Assembly (NCBI GenBank): GCA_963709405.1
Contig: CAVPXM010000063.1
Location: 128,001-192,000 of the forward strand
Origin: an uncultured Nitrososphaerales archaeon
GTDB lineage: Archaea; Thermoproteota; Nitrososphaeria; Nitrososphaerales; Nitrososphaeraceae
DNA: 64,000 nucleotides
Direction: 5' to 3'
The notes under the pieces are model-generated. The model saw nothing but the letters and a program-made list of their open reading frames with translations. It searched no databases and was not told where the DNA came from. The position numbers and the translations under genes were made by a program. Of this stretch, positions 30,658 through 41,711 are shown piece by piece. How positions within the stretch are numbered: the first letter of the stretch is position 1; every line of letters starts with the position of its first letter.

Positions 30658-32318
30658 GCGATCATAGCCAAACTATAATTACTCTAAAACATCTCCCAGA
30701 GACTCCCGGAGTATATTTAATGAAGGAAGCAGATGGAAGAGTGATTTACGTCGGAAAAGCCAAAAATCTGAAAAAACGCGTCAGTTCCTACTTTGCCGAG
30801 AAAAAGGAAATGTTTTGGAAAACATCTAGGCTAGTGTCCAGGGTGAAGGATATAGATTTTATCGTTACAGATAACGAAGTTGAAGCAATCCTTCTAGAGT
30901 CCAATCTAATTAAAAGATTTAGACCACTTTTTAATATTGAGCTCAAGGACCAACAGCGGTATGCATACCTCAAGATAACAGATGAAAAGTTTCCTCGACT
31001 GTTAGTGGCCAGGCGCAATAGAAATGGAGATTTCTATGGAACCAGATCTGAAATATATGGTCCACTGGTCCATGGTGGTTCAAAATTTCTTAGTGTAGGA
31101 TTATTAAGAAAACTATTTAAAATTAGAATTTGCAACAAGATGCCTAGACATCCATGTCTTGAGTATTTTATAAAGAATTGCGACGCCCCATGCGTAAACA
31201 ATATAAGCTCACTTAATTACGCCAAAAACGTTCAATCATTAAGGAACATCTTAAGTGGAAAAGAAGGTATCAAAGATTTTATGAATGATATGAAGTCCCA
31301 GATGAAAATTGCATCTGATCAAGAGCACTATGAGAAAGCAAGAGAAATTCGTGACATGTTACATAAATTGGAAAACCTGCAAATTGAGCAAAAGATGGAA
31401 GCAGTACAATATACGAATCGAGAGGAAGAGTATATCGGCATTAAGGAGGAATTAGAGGATGGCATAGCCCATGTCTTGATGTTCAGACGATCTCGTGGGG
31501 TCATATGCGATAAAAAATGGTTTCAGTTTGAGCTTATTGGAGATAACTCCTTGGAATCATTTCTGTTTCAATATTATTCGACAGCTAAACTAGTACCTGC
31601 GTACATATATGTAAATCAGAAAGTTGAGTCAAAATCGGTTCTAGAAACTTCCCTTAAGACGATGGCTGGGCACAAGGTAATGGTGATAAAGATCAGTTCA
31701 AAATCTAATTCCGAGAAAAAACAATTAATGGATCTAATATTGAAGAATATCGATCTTCGGATTCAGGGTAAGTTCGACCTAGGTATTTGTGAATTGAAGA
31801 CTGTATTGAATTTAGCCGATATTCCCATAATAGTCGATTGTTTTGATATATCAAACTTGGGTACGTCGTATGCAGTGGGAGCATGTACCAGAGTAGTTAA
31901 CGGAAGACCTTACAAAGCAGGATATCGCAGATTCAAGATAAAGCTAACCGGAGCTCAGAATGATGTTGCAATGATCAACGAGATAGTTACAAGGAGGTAT
32001 TCTTCAACATTAGATCTAAATGATGGTCAAGATCAACTTCCTAATCTGATTGTGATAGATGGAGGTAAAGGACAGTTAAATTCGGCGGCAAATGCTCTTG
32101 GAAGATTAGGATTAGAAATTCCTTGTATTTCGATTGCGAAGGCTGAAGAAATAATATATTCTTATGGCAGTGATAAGGAGATAATATTGCCAAAGAGCAG
32201 CGCGGCCCTGAAAATTGTCCAGCTAGCAAGAGACGAAGCGCATAGGTTCGGACTTGCTTATAATATGAAATTGAGGAAAATAAATAGATCAGTCCACCAA
32301 AAAGAAATGACAGTCTAA
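30654..32318 (+). CDS. uvrC: Excinuclease ABC subunit C (no C-terminal HhH; start uncertain)
   Basis: LPETPGVYL lies in frame upstream of ATG 30720; IYVGKAKNL, CFDISN, IDGGKGQL, RDEAHRF. Confidence 0.93.
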   Translation: MSDHSQTIITLKHLPETPGVYLMKEADGRVIYVGKAKNLKKRVSSYFAEKKEMFWKTSRLVSRVKDIDFIVTDNEVEAILLESNLIKRFRPLFNIELKDQQRYAYLKITDEKFPRLLVARRNRNGDFYGTRSEIYGPLVHGGSKFLSVGLLRKLFKIRICNKMPRHPCLEYFIKNCDAPCVNNISSLNYAKNVQSLRNILSGKEGIKDFMNDMKSQMKIASDQEHYEKAREIRDMLHKLENLQIEQKMEAVQYTNREEEYIGIKEELEDGIAHVLMFRRSRGVICDKKWFQFELIGDNSLESFLFQYYSTAKLVPAYIYVNQKVESKSVLETSLKTMAGHKVMVIKISSKSNSEKKQLMDLILKNIDLRIQGKFDLGICELKTVLNLADIPIIVDCFDISNLGTSYAVGACTRVVNGRPYKAGYRRFKIKLTGAQNDVAMINEIVTRRYSSTLDLNDGQDQLPNLIVIDGGKGQLNSAANALGRLGLEIPCISIAKAEEIIYSYGSDKEIILPKSSAALKIVQLARDEAHRFGLAYNMKLRKINRSVHQKEMTV

Positions 32319-32505
32319 TTAGACTAAAACATGTGATGATACGATTCTACTTGAGATATAATAGCATCTAGCCAAGAGCGGAAATATATAAAGAATGGTG
32401 ACAATAGTGGATACCGATTTTTGTAATTTAAGGTGATCATATAGTGATTAACCGGGTGAAATTTCAATAAGTTAAAATTAAAACTACCTCCTTTCACGAT
32501 AATAA

Positions 32506-33886
32506 TTGTCAAATATACCCAAATTGGTTATAGCTGGTGTAACTAGTGGGGTTGGAAAGACAGTTGTTTCTGCAGCTTTCATGTATGGCTTAAAAAAACG
32601 TGGCCTACGAGTGCAGCCATTCAAAGTAGGACCAGACTTCATTGACCCTAGCTATCATTCTTACATTACGGGAAGGCAGTCACGAAATTTAGATATCTGG
32701 ATGATGGGAGAAACTGGCGTTTTAAACTCATTTAATAAGGCCTGTTGCGACGCGGATCTGGCCGTCATTGAAGGAGTCATGGGATTATTCGACGGCATTT
32801 CTGGAAAAGGCCAAGAGGGTAGTACAGCGAGCAATAGCAAAGTTGCTAAGAGCCGAAGTAGTTTTAGTAATTGACTCGAGTAAGGCAGCTCGCTCTATAG
32901 CTGCTATTGCGCTAGGATTTCAAAATTTTGATAAGGAATTGAGTATAAGTGGAGTAGTTTTAAACAATATTGCTAGTGATAGACATGAAAGACTCGTCAA
33001 AGAAGCCTTTGCAGATAAAATCAGAGTTCCTATTGTTGGAATTATAAGACGAGATCAAGAGTTGAAAAATACTGAGAGACATCTTGGTTTGATCCCAGCA
33101 GCAGAGTTAGATTCTGTTGGAAAATCTCGATTGTTAGCGAATGCAAAACGTGCATCTGAACAAATTTATCTTGACCGATTGGGACACATCTGGAAAGTAT
33201 CTCCCATGTCATCGGTCGAAAAACAAGAAGAATCTCGTCTCGAGGCACATTCCAGAATTGCGGTTGCCCTAGATGAATCCTTTAATTTCTATTACATTGA
33301 CAATTTAGAATTTCTTAGAGAACGCAACCTTGAGTTAGTCTACTTCAGCCCCCTCAGTGATAAGAGATTACCTGAAGATATTAGTGGTCTCATCATAGGA
33401 GGAGGCTTCCCCGAGATTATGGCAAAACGACTAGAGACAAACAAAACTATGATAAAATCAATAAAAAAATTCGCTCAAGACGGATTGCCTGTATTAGCAG
33501 AATGTGGCGGATTAATGTATCTTACTAAATATTTGCATGAGAGCGAGGATGAAAGTAGTGGAAAGAGTAAATTGGTAGGATTAATAGATGCAGAAACACA
33601 AATGGGTTCCAAACTAACGCTAAATTATACGGAAGCAAATTGTGATGGATCAATCTTGGGAACAATCGGAAAAGTCAGAGGGCATGAATTCCATTATTCT
33701 AAGATAAAAAATATTGCAAAAGATTCTAAATTTGCATTTCATATGACAAGAGGCTCCGGAATAACGAAAAAACGTGATGGCTTTGTTGTACATAACTGTC
33801 TTGCATCTTACACTCATCTTCATTTTTCTAATAAGCGATTATTAAAACATCTTGTTACAGCCTTCCTAGCGTACGGACGCAGATAA
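32506..33886 (+). CDS. cbiA: Cobyrinate a,c-diamide synthase (1-bp frameshift near 32830)
   Basis: [54 protein letters not shown]. Confidence 0.93.
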
Positions 33887-34057
33887 ATGATTAAAATTTC
33901 ATTTTCCAAAACTGCCTATTGATAACAAAAACTGGATACCGTAGAATGGATGGTGAATTTACACAACATGCTTTGAGGGCATGATCTATCAAGCCGTGGC
34001 GATCTATTTGCGCGATTTGGATCTTTGAATACCTTCAGCCAAATCAAATTCTGTGAA

Positions 34058-34516
34058 CTACTTTAAATCCGCCATTGTCTTACTCTTGGATTCGACTTCA
34101 CGTTTTAGGGCATGATTCATGTTATTTTCGCTCTCCAAAATGTCCTTTACTAGAAATTTGCCCCCTATTAAGGCACCTAGTCCCCCAAATATTTCCTTAT
34201 GTTCAAAGCGGGTGGTTTGATTTTTATTTTCACTGATTTTAAAAATACGCTCGCCGTCCAATATACCTGGCAGTAATGCCCTTCCGTACCATCTTAGCTC
34301 ACGGTTTGGCGTGACTACCGTAACTACAGGATTGTACTTTCTAATCTTTTTCCTTGGAGTCATTATCTTTAATTCTAACTTAGAACCGACTATTGGATCC
34401 CCCTTTATTTCTCTTATGAAAGGATTCCATGTGGGGTAGCTACCAAAATCTGTGAGTACATCCCAAACTGCTGCACTTGAACCTTCAATAGTTATTTCGG
34501 TCGATATCTCTTTCAT
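34058..34516 (-). CDS. SRPBCC/polyketide cyclase-like protein
   Basis: VWDVLTDF.SYPTWNPFI, ELRW.G, MN.ALKREVE. Confidence 0.88.
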   Translation of the reverse strand: MKEISTEITIEGSSAAVWDVLTDFGSYPTWNPFIREIKGDPIVGSKLELKIMTPRKKIRKYNPVVTVVTPNRELRWYGRALLPGILDGERIFKISENKNQTTRFEHKEIFGGLGALIGGKFLVKDILESENNMNHALKREVESKSKTMADLK

Positions 34517-34702
34517 CTCAAATTATAATGATACTTCCAGTATCCCTACTATTTAATTATCCACCACTAGAGATGTGTTTAGAAATTGGGTTGTCAGTTA
34601 ATTTCAACATATTTTACTAAATTGCAGGCCATGCCATGCCCTGGCCTTTAAAGATCAAAGGCTGGATTCTTACCAAAAGGTTATTTTAATCCTACAACTT
34701 GT

Positions 34703-35791
34703 ATGAAATGGTTGTCAGGTCATTCAAACAAAGAGATCGCAGTACTAACAATTACGAGACATGGGCTAGAGATTGCTCGTGTTATTAAACAAAATCTAAG
34801 AGATGTTCAGATTTACTCACCATCAAAATTCAATGATTCCGACAATGAGATCATTTGGTTTACCGAGCAGACTTCTAAAGTTATTCAAAATCTGTTCAAG
34901 AATAGCCGCGCTTTGATATGTATTTTTTCGTTAGGAGCGGTAATAAGGTTGATATCGCCTTATATTGGTGATAAGAAGAGTGACCCCGCCGTTCTAGTTA
35001 TTGATGATAAGGCAAACTTTGTGATAAGTGCCCTATCAGGCCACTTGGGAGGCGCAAATTCTATGGCCGAACAAGTTGCATCATATTTTCCTAACGCAAA
35101 ACCCGTAATAACCACTGCTGCTGACGTGAACGAAACTATAGCAGTTGACCTCGTAGGGAAAGAATTTGGGTGGGAGATCGAGAATTATGAGAATATTACA
35201 AAGGTTAGTGCTCTAATGGTTAATGAAGAAAAGATAGCAGTTTATCAAGATACTGGCCAAAGTGGGTGGTACAAGAACAAGCTTCCTGGAAATGTCAGCG
35301 CTGTTGCGAGTCTCGAAGATTTGAAGACCGCTGATTTCAAAGGAGGCTTGATTATATCAGAAAAGCATATAAAAGATCCTGATATCCTTGGGAAATCAGT
35401 CATTTACAGGCCGAAGAGCTTGGTGGTGGGAGTGGGTCTACATTGGGACACTAGTAAGGATACTATCTCGAAGGGTATTGAGACCCTGATGCAAAAGAAC
35501 GATTTGAGTTTCAATAGTATTAGAAATATCTCATCTCTTCGCAGAGAAAAGGAAGTAAGTGGTTTGCAAGAATTCTCTTCTGAATTCAAAATTCCAATAC
35601 AGATGTTTAACAAAGAGGAATTAGCTTCTATTCCGGTACCTAACCCGTCGAAGATAGTAAATAAATTTGAAGGCACGTCGAGTGTTGCTGAATCTTCTGC
35701 TATACTGAGTTCACGCGGAGTTCTCATTATTCCAAAGCAAAAATTTCCACCCAATCTTACTGTCGCCGTGGCTAGAGTAAAGTTTGATTAA
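34703..35791 (+). CDS. cbiG: Cobalt-precorrin-5A hydrolase
   Basis: GAVIRLI, DKKSDPAVLVIDD, LSGHLGGAN, VITTA, SVAESSA. Confidence 0.93.
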   Translation: MKWLSGHSNKEIAVLTITRHGLEIARVIKQNLRDVQIYSPSKFNDSDNEIIWFTEQTSKVIQNLFKNSRALICIFSLGAVIRLISPYIGDKKSDPAVLVIDDKANFVISALSGHLGGANSMAEQVASYFPNAKPVITTAADVNETIAVDLVGKEFGWEIENYENITKVSALMVNEEKIAVYQDTGQSGWYKNKLPGNVSAVASLEDLKTADFKGGLIISEKHIKDPDILGKSVIYRPKSLVVGVGLHWDTSKDTISKGIETLMQKNDLSFNSIRNISSLRREKEVSGLQEFSSEFKIPIQMFNKEELASIPVPNPSKIVNKFEGTSSVAESSAILSSRGVLIIPKQKFPPNLTVAVARVKFD

Positions 35792-36551
35792 CATGAAGAA
35801 GGCCTTTTTGATGATCGATAGAGGGAGCAAAGAGAAGGAGGTAAAAGAAGAACTGAGTTCTATTTGTTCCATGGTGCGTTCGCGGGCAGACTATGAATAC
35901 GCAAATTTTTGTTTTTTAGAAGTAGTGCCCCCATTCATCAATGAAGGAATAAGGTCGTGCATTGAAAATGGAGCCGAATCAATTACTGTTCTGCCGTATT
36001 TTCTTTATCCTGGATTGAAGTTGAAGGAATCTGTCAAGTTAGCTGCTCAAATTTGCGCTGCTCAGAAGATAAAGGTGGCGATAACAAAACCATTGACCTT
36101 TCATTCGATTATGCCTCAAATAACACTAGAGAGAATCAGGCAAGCGAAAATGGAACACGGTATCATTTATAACAACTCTAACTGTGATATCATGTTGATA
36201 GGACACGGCAGTAGTGACAGGAACGCAAGACAAGCACTTATTTATGTTGTTAATGCATTGAAATCACACTTCAGAAGTGTTCAATTCTGTTTTCTTGAAT
36301 TGGAACAACCAAGTATAGCTGAGGGAATCGAATTAGCGCTTCTAAAGTCTCCGGATATTTTGATTCTCATTCCTTATTTTCTTCACCGAGGGATCCATAT
36401 TAAGCGCGACTTAGATCTTGATATCAACGGATCTCTTGAGAAATCCGGGTTTGGTAATGCCTATGTGGGAAGGCATCTAGGCGTGGATGAAAAGATAGTC
36501 GACTTGCTATTGGAACGCGCAAAAGAGGTAGAAGAAAAAGCTGGATTCTAA
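35784..36551 (+). CDS. cbiX: Sirohydrochlorin cobaltochelatase, two-domain CbiX
   Basis: Duplicated FLE...P / PYFL..G domains; GHGS and GIH present in the C-terminal domain. Confidence 0.88.
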   Translation: MINMKKAFLMIDRGSKEKEVKEELSSICSMVRSRADYEYANFCFLEVVPPFINEGIRSCIENGAESITVLPYFLYPGLKLKESVKLAAQICAAQKIKVAITKPLTFHSIMPQITLERIRQAKMEHGIIYNNSNCDIMLIGHGSSDRNARQALIYVVNALKSHFRSVQFCFLELEQPSIAEGIELALLKSPDILILIPYFLHRGIHIKRDLDLDINGSLEKSGFGNAYVGRHLGVDEKIVDLLLERAKEVEEKAGF

Positions 36552-36585
36552 CAGTAACCCGAGTGACTCAGCCACGCTGAGGGGA

Positions 36586-37231
36586 ATGTCAGATAAGGCC
36601 CTTGGTATAGAACAGAAGAGCTTTGAAATAATAGATGCAGAAGTCGGTCAAAACGAATATTCGGGATTGGAGTGGGAAATAGTAACGTAGAGTGATTCAT
36701 TCTACTGCAGACTTTGATTTTGCTAGAGATAATAAAATCATCTTTCGTAATAACCCCATAGGTTCAGGACTTGGGGCATTAGAAAGGAAGTGTGCCATTG
36801 TGACTGATGTGGATATGGTTGTATCTGGTATCAACAAAAATTCTGTTAAAAAGCTTGGTCTCAAGGTGTCTTGTCATATATCTGAAGAAAGCGTGATACA
36901 AAATTCAATAAAATCAAACAAAACCCGAGCTCAGTTGGCTATGCGTTATGCAAGATCCGAAATTCACGGAGGTATCGTAATCGTAGGCAACGCACCAAGT
37001 TCCTTACTTGAACTGATCGATATGGTGCGAGAAAATGCTTCAATTCCAGCACTTATAATCGGTACACCTGTGGGATTTGTTTCTGCATCAGAATCTAAAA
37101 AAGAACTACTTGGGTTAGATGTCCCATTGATAAGTAATGTAGGGAGAAAAGGCGGAAGTCCCGTAGCAGCATCAATAATTAATGCTTTGATGTTAATCCA
37201 AAGAAATAATACGCGTGCAAGCACCCCATAA
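36586..37231 (+). CDS. cbiC: Precorrin-8X methylmutase (1-bp insertion near 36684)
   Basis: ATG 36586 gives MSDKALGIEQKSFEIIDAE; removing one A restores IVRRVIHSTADF; GNAP, PVGFV.A.ESK, GRKGGS. Confidence 0.92.
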
Positions 37232-37591
37232 ATAATGGTTACTTAGATAGTCAGCCAGATTAACTTCTAAAATTTATACCTCATATTAGAATAATGCAGC
37301 AAGTAGTTAGTAAGTATACAATAGGAGCTGATTCAAACTTGCCTACCTCATTCTATTTTATTGATTTGCCGAAGATTGCGGCAAGAAAATGATTAGTAGC
37401 ATGGTGAATCCTACCGATACAAGGGTTGAGCGTTCAGTAGTGAACAGATATTGATATTTTTTGACAGTAAAAGTTGGTAAATACTAAACTGATATGTCGA
37501 TTATGTTCACTACACTATTTTGTCATTCTACGACGCAATCCCCTCATCGCTATCTTCCTACCAGTTCAGTTCACTCAACTAAACAGACAAA

Positions 37592-38788
37592 CTATTTGAA
37601 CTTCGCCAAAGGGTATCTGCCACAGACTGTGCCATTAAAATCGAACATTATAACTTCGATCTCGACAGCATAATTAGAGTACTTGCGCAAAAATTCAAAC
37701 ACTCTCTGGCACAAAATATCAAAGAATTTGTGTCCAGAAAATCCACTAACAATTTCTCCAGCATGCCTAGCTGTATTCGCCTTTTCAATTTCTGCCAATG
37801 CTGATTCTGGCAGGTTACATTCACTTGCAATTGTTGCCATAAATTGCAAATCAACGTGCGATCCTTTAACGTGAGTCTGGCTAATTCCCATGGCCATTTT
37901 CGTTAGCTTTCCAATAAAGCCGGTAATAACGACCTTACGTATTTTCTTAATCGCGCCCTGTTTAATCGCATAACCTACAAAATCGCCTATTTGAATGAAC
38001 GAGTGCTCCTGGAAATCTGATCCGAACAATGCCTTCGCGTAATCCTCGCTTGTCGAACCCGTGCTTAATATGACAGTAGTGGTACCCATAGCAACTGCAA
38101 CATCAATACTTTGTCTTATTGACGCCGCAAATGACGCAGTCGAGTATGGAAAAACTATACCTGTAGTTCCCAAGATAGAAATCCCTCCAAGTATTCCCAA
38201 TCTAGGATTGTCAGTTTTTTTTGCTATCTGTTCGCCTTCCGGAACAGATATTATGATTTTGACGCCCATATTTTTGAGCGCCTCAGAAGCAACTTGAAAG
38301 CCGACTTCTTCAATCATTTTTCTTGGTACTCTATTAATTGCGGATTGACCAATTTCCAGCCCAAGACCTGGTTTTGTAACTCTTCCAACTCCAATCCCCC
38401 CCTCAAGTGTTAGTATCCCTGCGTTAGATGTTAATGTGACCGTTGAACATATCTCGGCTCCATTTGTGACATCAGGATCATCCCCACCATCCTTAATGAC
38501 GGCAGCAGTAGCTGAGTTACAGTCCTCTAGTTTACTCCAAGCGATTTTTAGCAAGGCCTCTTTTTTGTTTGGCAAACGGACTGTTACCTCGTTAACCTTT
38601 TCTCCAAAAAGGAGTAAATTTAATGAGGCTTTAGTAGCAGCTGCGGCCAACGTACCGGTAGTATATCCGGTTCTCATCTTTCCCTTAACTGTTCGGTCTT
38701 CAGGGCCGTTCGGGCGATCTAAATGCTCGTGAAGGACTTTATCTATATCGGACCTATTAGACCGACCTACCGTTTGGTCATTTTTCAT
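37592..38788 (-). CDS. cbiD: Cobalt-precorrin-5B C1-methyltransferase
   Basis: RTGYTTG, KDGGDDPDVT, GVGRVTKPGL, NPRLGILGGISILGTTGIV. Confidence 0.96.
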   Translation of the reverse strand: MKNDQTVGRSNRSDIDKVLHEHLDRPNGPEDRTVKGKMRTGYTTGTLAAAATKASLNLLLFGEKVNEVTVRLPNKKEALLKIAWSKLEDCNSATAAVIKDGGDDPDVTNGAEICSTVTLTSNAGILTLEGGIGVGRVTKPGLGLEIGQSAINRVPRKMIEEVGFQVASEALKNMGVKIIISVPEGEQIAKKTDNPRLGILGGISILGTTGIVFPYSTASFAASIRQSIDVAVAMGTTTVILSTGSTSEDYAKALFGSDFQEHSFIQIGDFVGYAIKQGAIKKIRKVVITGFIGKLTKMAMGISQTHVKGSHVDLQFMATIASECNLPESALAEIEKANTARHAGEIVSGFSGHKFFDILCQRVFEFLRKYSNYAVEIEVIMFDFNGTVCGRYPLAKFK

Positions 38789-38951
38789 AAATTTTCACGA
38801 CATCTTAAAGGAATACCTTTCATGCCATATATTCAGTACTACATCAGAAAATTAGATAGCAATCAGATTGTACATATTTATCAGTACGATTAAAGATTAA
38901 TCATCTTATGAATACTTGGTGGTTAAATTGCGTAAAGCTAGCAAGTTGTCG

Positions 38952-40097
38952 TCACCTCATCAAAAGTGATTGTTTATCGACTCTCTCCCACGTAAACGTA
39001 GGTTCTGTCCTGCCAAAGTGACCATACGCTGCAGTCTTCTTGTAAATAGGCCTTTTCAGATTCAAATTTGCGATTATAGATGCTGGGCGCATATCAAAAG
39101 TTCTTTTGATCCTCTCTTCGATTTGATCCTCCGGTATCCTGCCTGTTTTGAATGTATCCACCATAACAGACACAGGTTCAGCCACACCAATGGCGTATGC
39201 TATTTGTACCTCACATTTATCCGCGAGTTCCGAAGCGACTATGTTTTTGGCTATGTACCGAGCCATATAGCATCCTGATCTATCTACTTTTGATGGGTCC
39301 TTTCCTGAAAATGCACCGCCACCGTGTCTTCCCATCCCTCCATAAGTATCAGCTATGACTTTACGTCCAGTTAAACCGGTATCCCCTGAAGGCCCACCAA
39401 TGACAAATCTGCCAGTAGGGTTAACAAAGAACTTGGTTCTACTATCAACCCAGCTTCCACATACTGCTACTATTATCTTATCGATGACTTCCTCTCTCAA
39501 TTGATCCAGGCTGATCTCCGGAGAATGCTGCGTAGATATGACGACTGAGTCAATTCTTAATGGCTTCGAATCTTCATACACAACTGAAACTTGAGACTTA
39601 CCGTCTGGCCTAATCCAGCTTATCTCCTTGTTCCTTCGAAGTTGAGATAGCTTCATCGATAACTTGTGTGCCATTGATATCGGTAGTGGCATCAAGTCTG
39701 CTGTTTCATTGGTAGCGTAACCAAACATAATACCTTGATCTCCTGCTCCCTGTTCTTTATTTTCTCCCGTATCTACACCCATAGAAATATCTGGGCTTTG
39801 CTCTTGCAATGAAGTCAATACTGCGCAGCTATTACTATCAAATCCGTGTTCTGCTCTGTCATATCCAATATCACCAATTGTCTTCCTAACTACTTTTTGG
39901 AGGTCTACTCCAGCATTAGAGCTGACTTCGCCAGCAACAAGTACAATCCCCTTTGTGGTCATCGCTTCGACTGCAACTCTTGCATCTGGATCAATGGTCA
40001 AAAATTCATCTAATATCGAATCAGAGACTTGATCGCAAAGCTTATCGGGATGTCCTTCTGTTACACTTTCGGAGGTAAAAATATATCTCCTAACCAT
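38952..40097 (-). CDS. metK: S-adenosylmethionine synthetase (bacterial/eukaryotic type)
   Basis: [28 protein letters not shown]. Confidence 0.97.
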   Translation of the reverse strand: MVRRYIFTSESVTEGHPDKLCDQVSDSILDEFLTIDPDARVAVEAMTTKGIVLVAGEVSSNAGVDLQKVVRKTIGDIGYDRAEHGFDSNSCAVLTSLQEQSPDISMGVDTGENKEQGAGDQGIMFGYATNETADLMPLPISMAHKLSMKLSQLRRNKEISWIRPDGKSQVSVVYEDSKPLRIDSVVISTQHSPEISLDQLREEVIDKIIVAVCGSWVDSRTKFFVNPTGRFVIGGPSGDTGLTGRKVIADTYGGMGRHGGGAFSGKDPSKVDRSGCYMARYIAKNIVASELADKCEVQIAYAIGVAEPVSVMVDTFKTGRIPEDQIEERIKRTFDMRPASIIANLNLKRPIYKKTAAYGHFGRTEPTFTWERVDKQSLLMR

Positions 40098-40139
40098 TTC
40101 AGAAATTACTACCTAGGCATATCAAAAATTAATATTGGT

Positions 40140-40394
40140 TCAAAGTTCCTTCTCTAAACTTATGAAGAGAACATTGTTCCCACGTATTACAACCTTGCCG
40201 TAATTCGCAAGGGCAGTTGAGCCATTAAACTCCTCTGCGTCAACTAATATCAGATTCATGTACGAGTCAACATTGTTCATTTTCCCTCGATATTCTATCT
40301 CATTTTTTAATCTAACTGCGACTCGACGGTTTACTGATCGCTGGAGTGCAGATAGTGGTCTTTTCGGCTGGTGCTGCGAAGGCGATGATGACAA
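40140..40394 (-). CDS. Sm-like (Lsm/SmAP) RNA-binding protein
   Basis: DSYMNLIL and IRGNNVLFI Sm1/Sm2 motifs. Confidence 0.92.
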   Translation of the reverse strand: MSSSPSQHQPKRPLSALQRSVNRRVAVRLKNEIEYRGKMNNVDSYMNLILVDAEEFNGSTALANYGKVVIRGNNVLFISLEKEL

Positions 40395-40757
40395 TTCAAT
40401 TATTCCCTGTAAAAGTCAAAACATCGTCGCTACAATAAAAATCTTCGCCTACATGGGATTATTGAAACCTTCGCCAAATTTGATCATCATATTTTAGACA
40501 ATGATTCAGCCGTGCATCACGATGTGAAGGTCTATTCTCGATGCAATAAGAGATATTGAGTTGCAGCCTTAAATTTGCCCTCTCCCAGTATCACCTCTCT
40601 TTCACCAAAATTCAGAGACACCATTAGCATTTCGTAGTGTATAGAAGTTGCAAGTCACTTTCCTAACTACTTAATCATTATAAAAGAAATTGGGCTTGCC
40701 GTTAATATTAAAAATGATATTCTGGAGATAATTTCAATGAGAGGATGTTAAGTGCAG

Positions 40758-41456
40758 TCATAATTCTCTCCATAGTGCTTTCGTTTTCGCTAAAACAACA
40801 AATGCGATCAGATAAATAATTTGGACAAGTAGACCTAGCGTAACAGACCATTCCTTTGGAGTAGGAAGCCCCATAATGGATTGAAATATTAAAGATGCAT
40901 GGGTAGTAGGAACAAGGTAAGCAATATACTGTAAATTTAGGGGTAACCTGGTTACCGAATAGTAAACAGGAGGCAACACAGCAAGAATCACGTTTACGAA
41001 TGATATAATTTGAGTCGCATTCCTTAGATGTAGCATATGCGATGAAAGGAAGAATCCAATTGCAGACATTGATCCCCATACCAGAAAAATGGTCGAAAGG
41101 AGCAGAGGTATGTCATTAATCGAAGTTCCAAATTGTAAAACAAGAAAAGCAAGGACACCTAGTGCTGGAAGTCCAAATAAGAGTTCGGAGAGAGCAAGGC
41201 CTGTCATATAAGTAAGCGAAGAAACCGGCGAGGCGACAAACATATCCTGGATTTTATACTCTGTTTTATAAAACGAAATATCCTGACCAAGAGATAGACC
41301 ATATCCAACAATAGACATAACAAGGCTCCCAGCAAGTGCAAAGTGTACGTATTGACCATTGCTGACTACGAAAAGAACAAAGAGAAGTGAAAATGGGCTG
41401 AGAGCAGAGAATACCATAGACATGGGATTCCTTCTTAGCCACAGGACGCCGGTCAA
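40758..41456 (-). CDS. ABC-2 type transporter permease (N-terminus may extend upstream)
   Basis: About six TM helices, PPVYY...LP, P.THA; frame remains open about 24 codons upstream of TTG 41456. Confidence 0.85.
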   Translation of the reverse strand: MTGVLWLRRNPMSMVFSALSPFSLLFVLFVVSNGQYVHFALAGSLVMSIVGYGLSLGQDISFYKTEYKIQDMFVASPVSSLTYMTGLALSELLFGLPALGVLAFLVLQFGTSINDIPLLLSTIFLVWGSMSAIGFFLSSHMLHLRNATQIISFVNVILAVLPPVYYSVTRLPLNLQYIAYLVPTTHASLIFQSIMGLPTPKEWSVTLGLLVQIIYLIAFVVLAKTKALWREL

Positions 41457-41711
41457 GTAGGCTATAATTACTACTTGTTTACAGACAAGAAATAAGTTAA
41501 AGTTAGGATTGATTATGACTGACTCTCATGATGAAGCCCTTTTAAGGTTTTGTCACAGACCCGCTTGAAATCTGCGCTCTGTCCTAATCCAGAATCAAAT
41601 TCTCTCGAGCATAAATAGATTACAGTCATCGTTCTACAAACATGGTGATTTTAAAACGCGAGATAGATCATTTTTATAACGTACTGCCAGGATACTAGTT
41701 AGCCGATAGAT

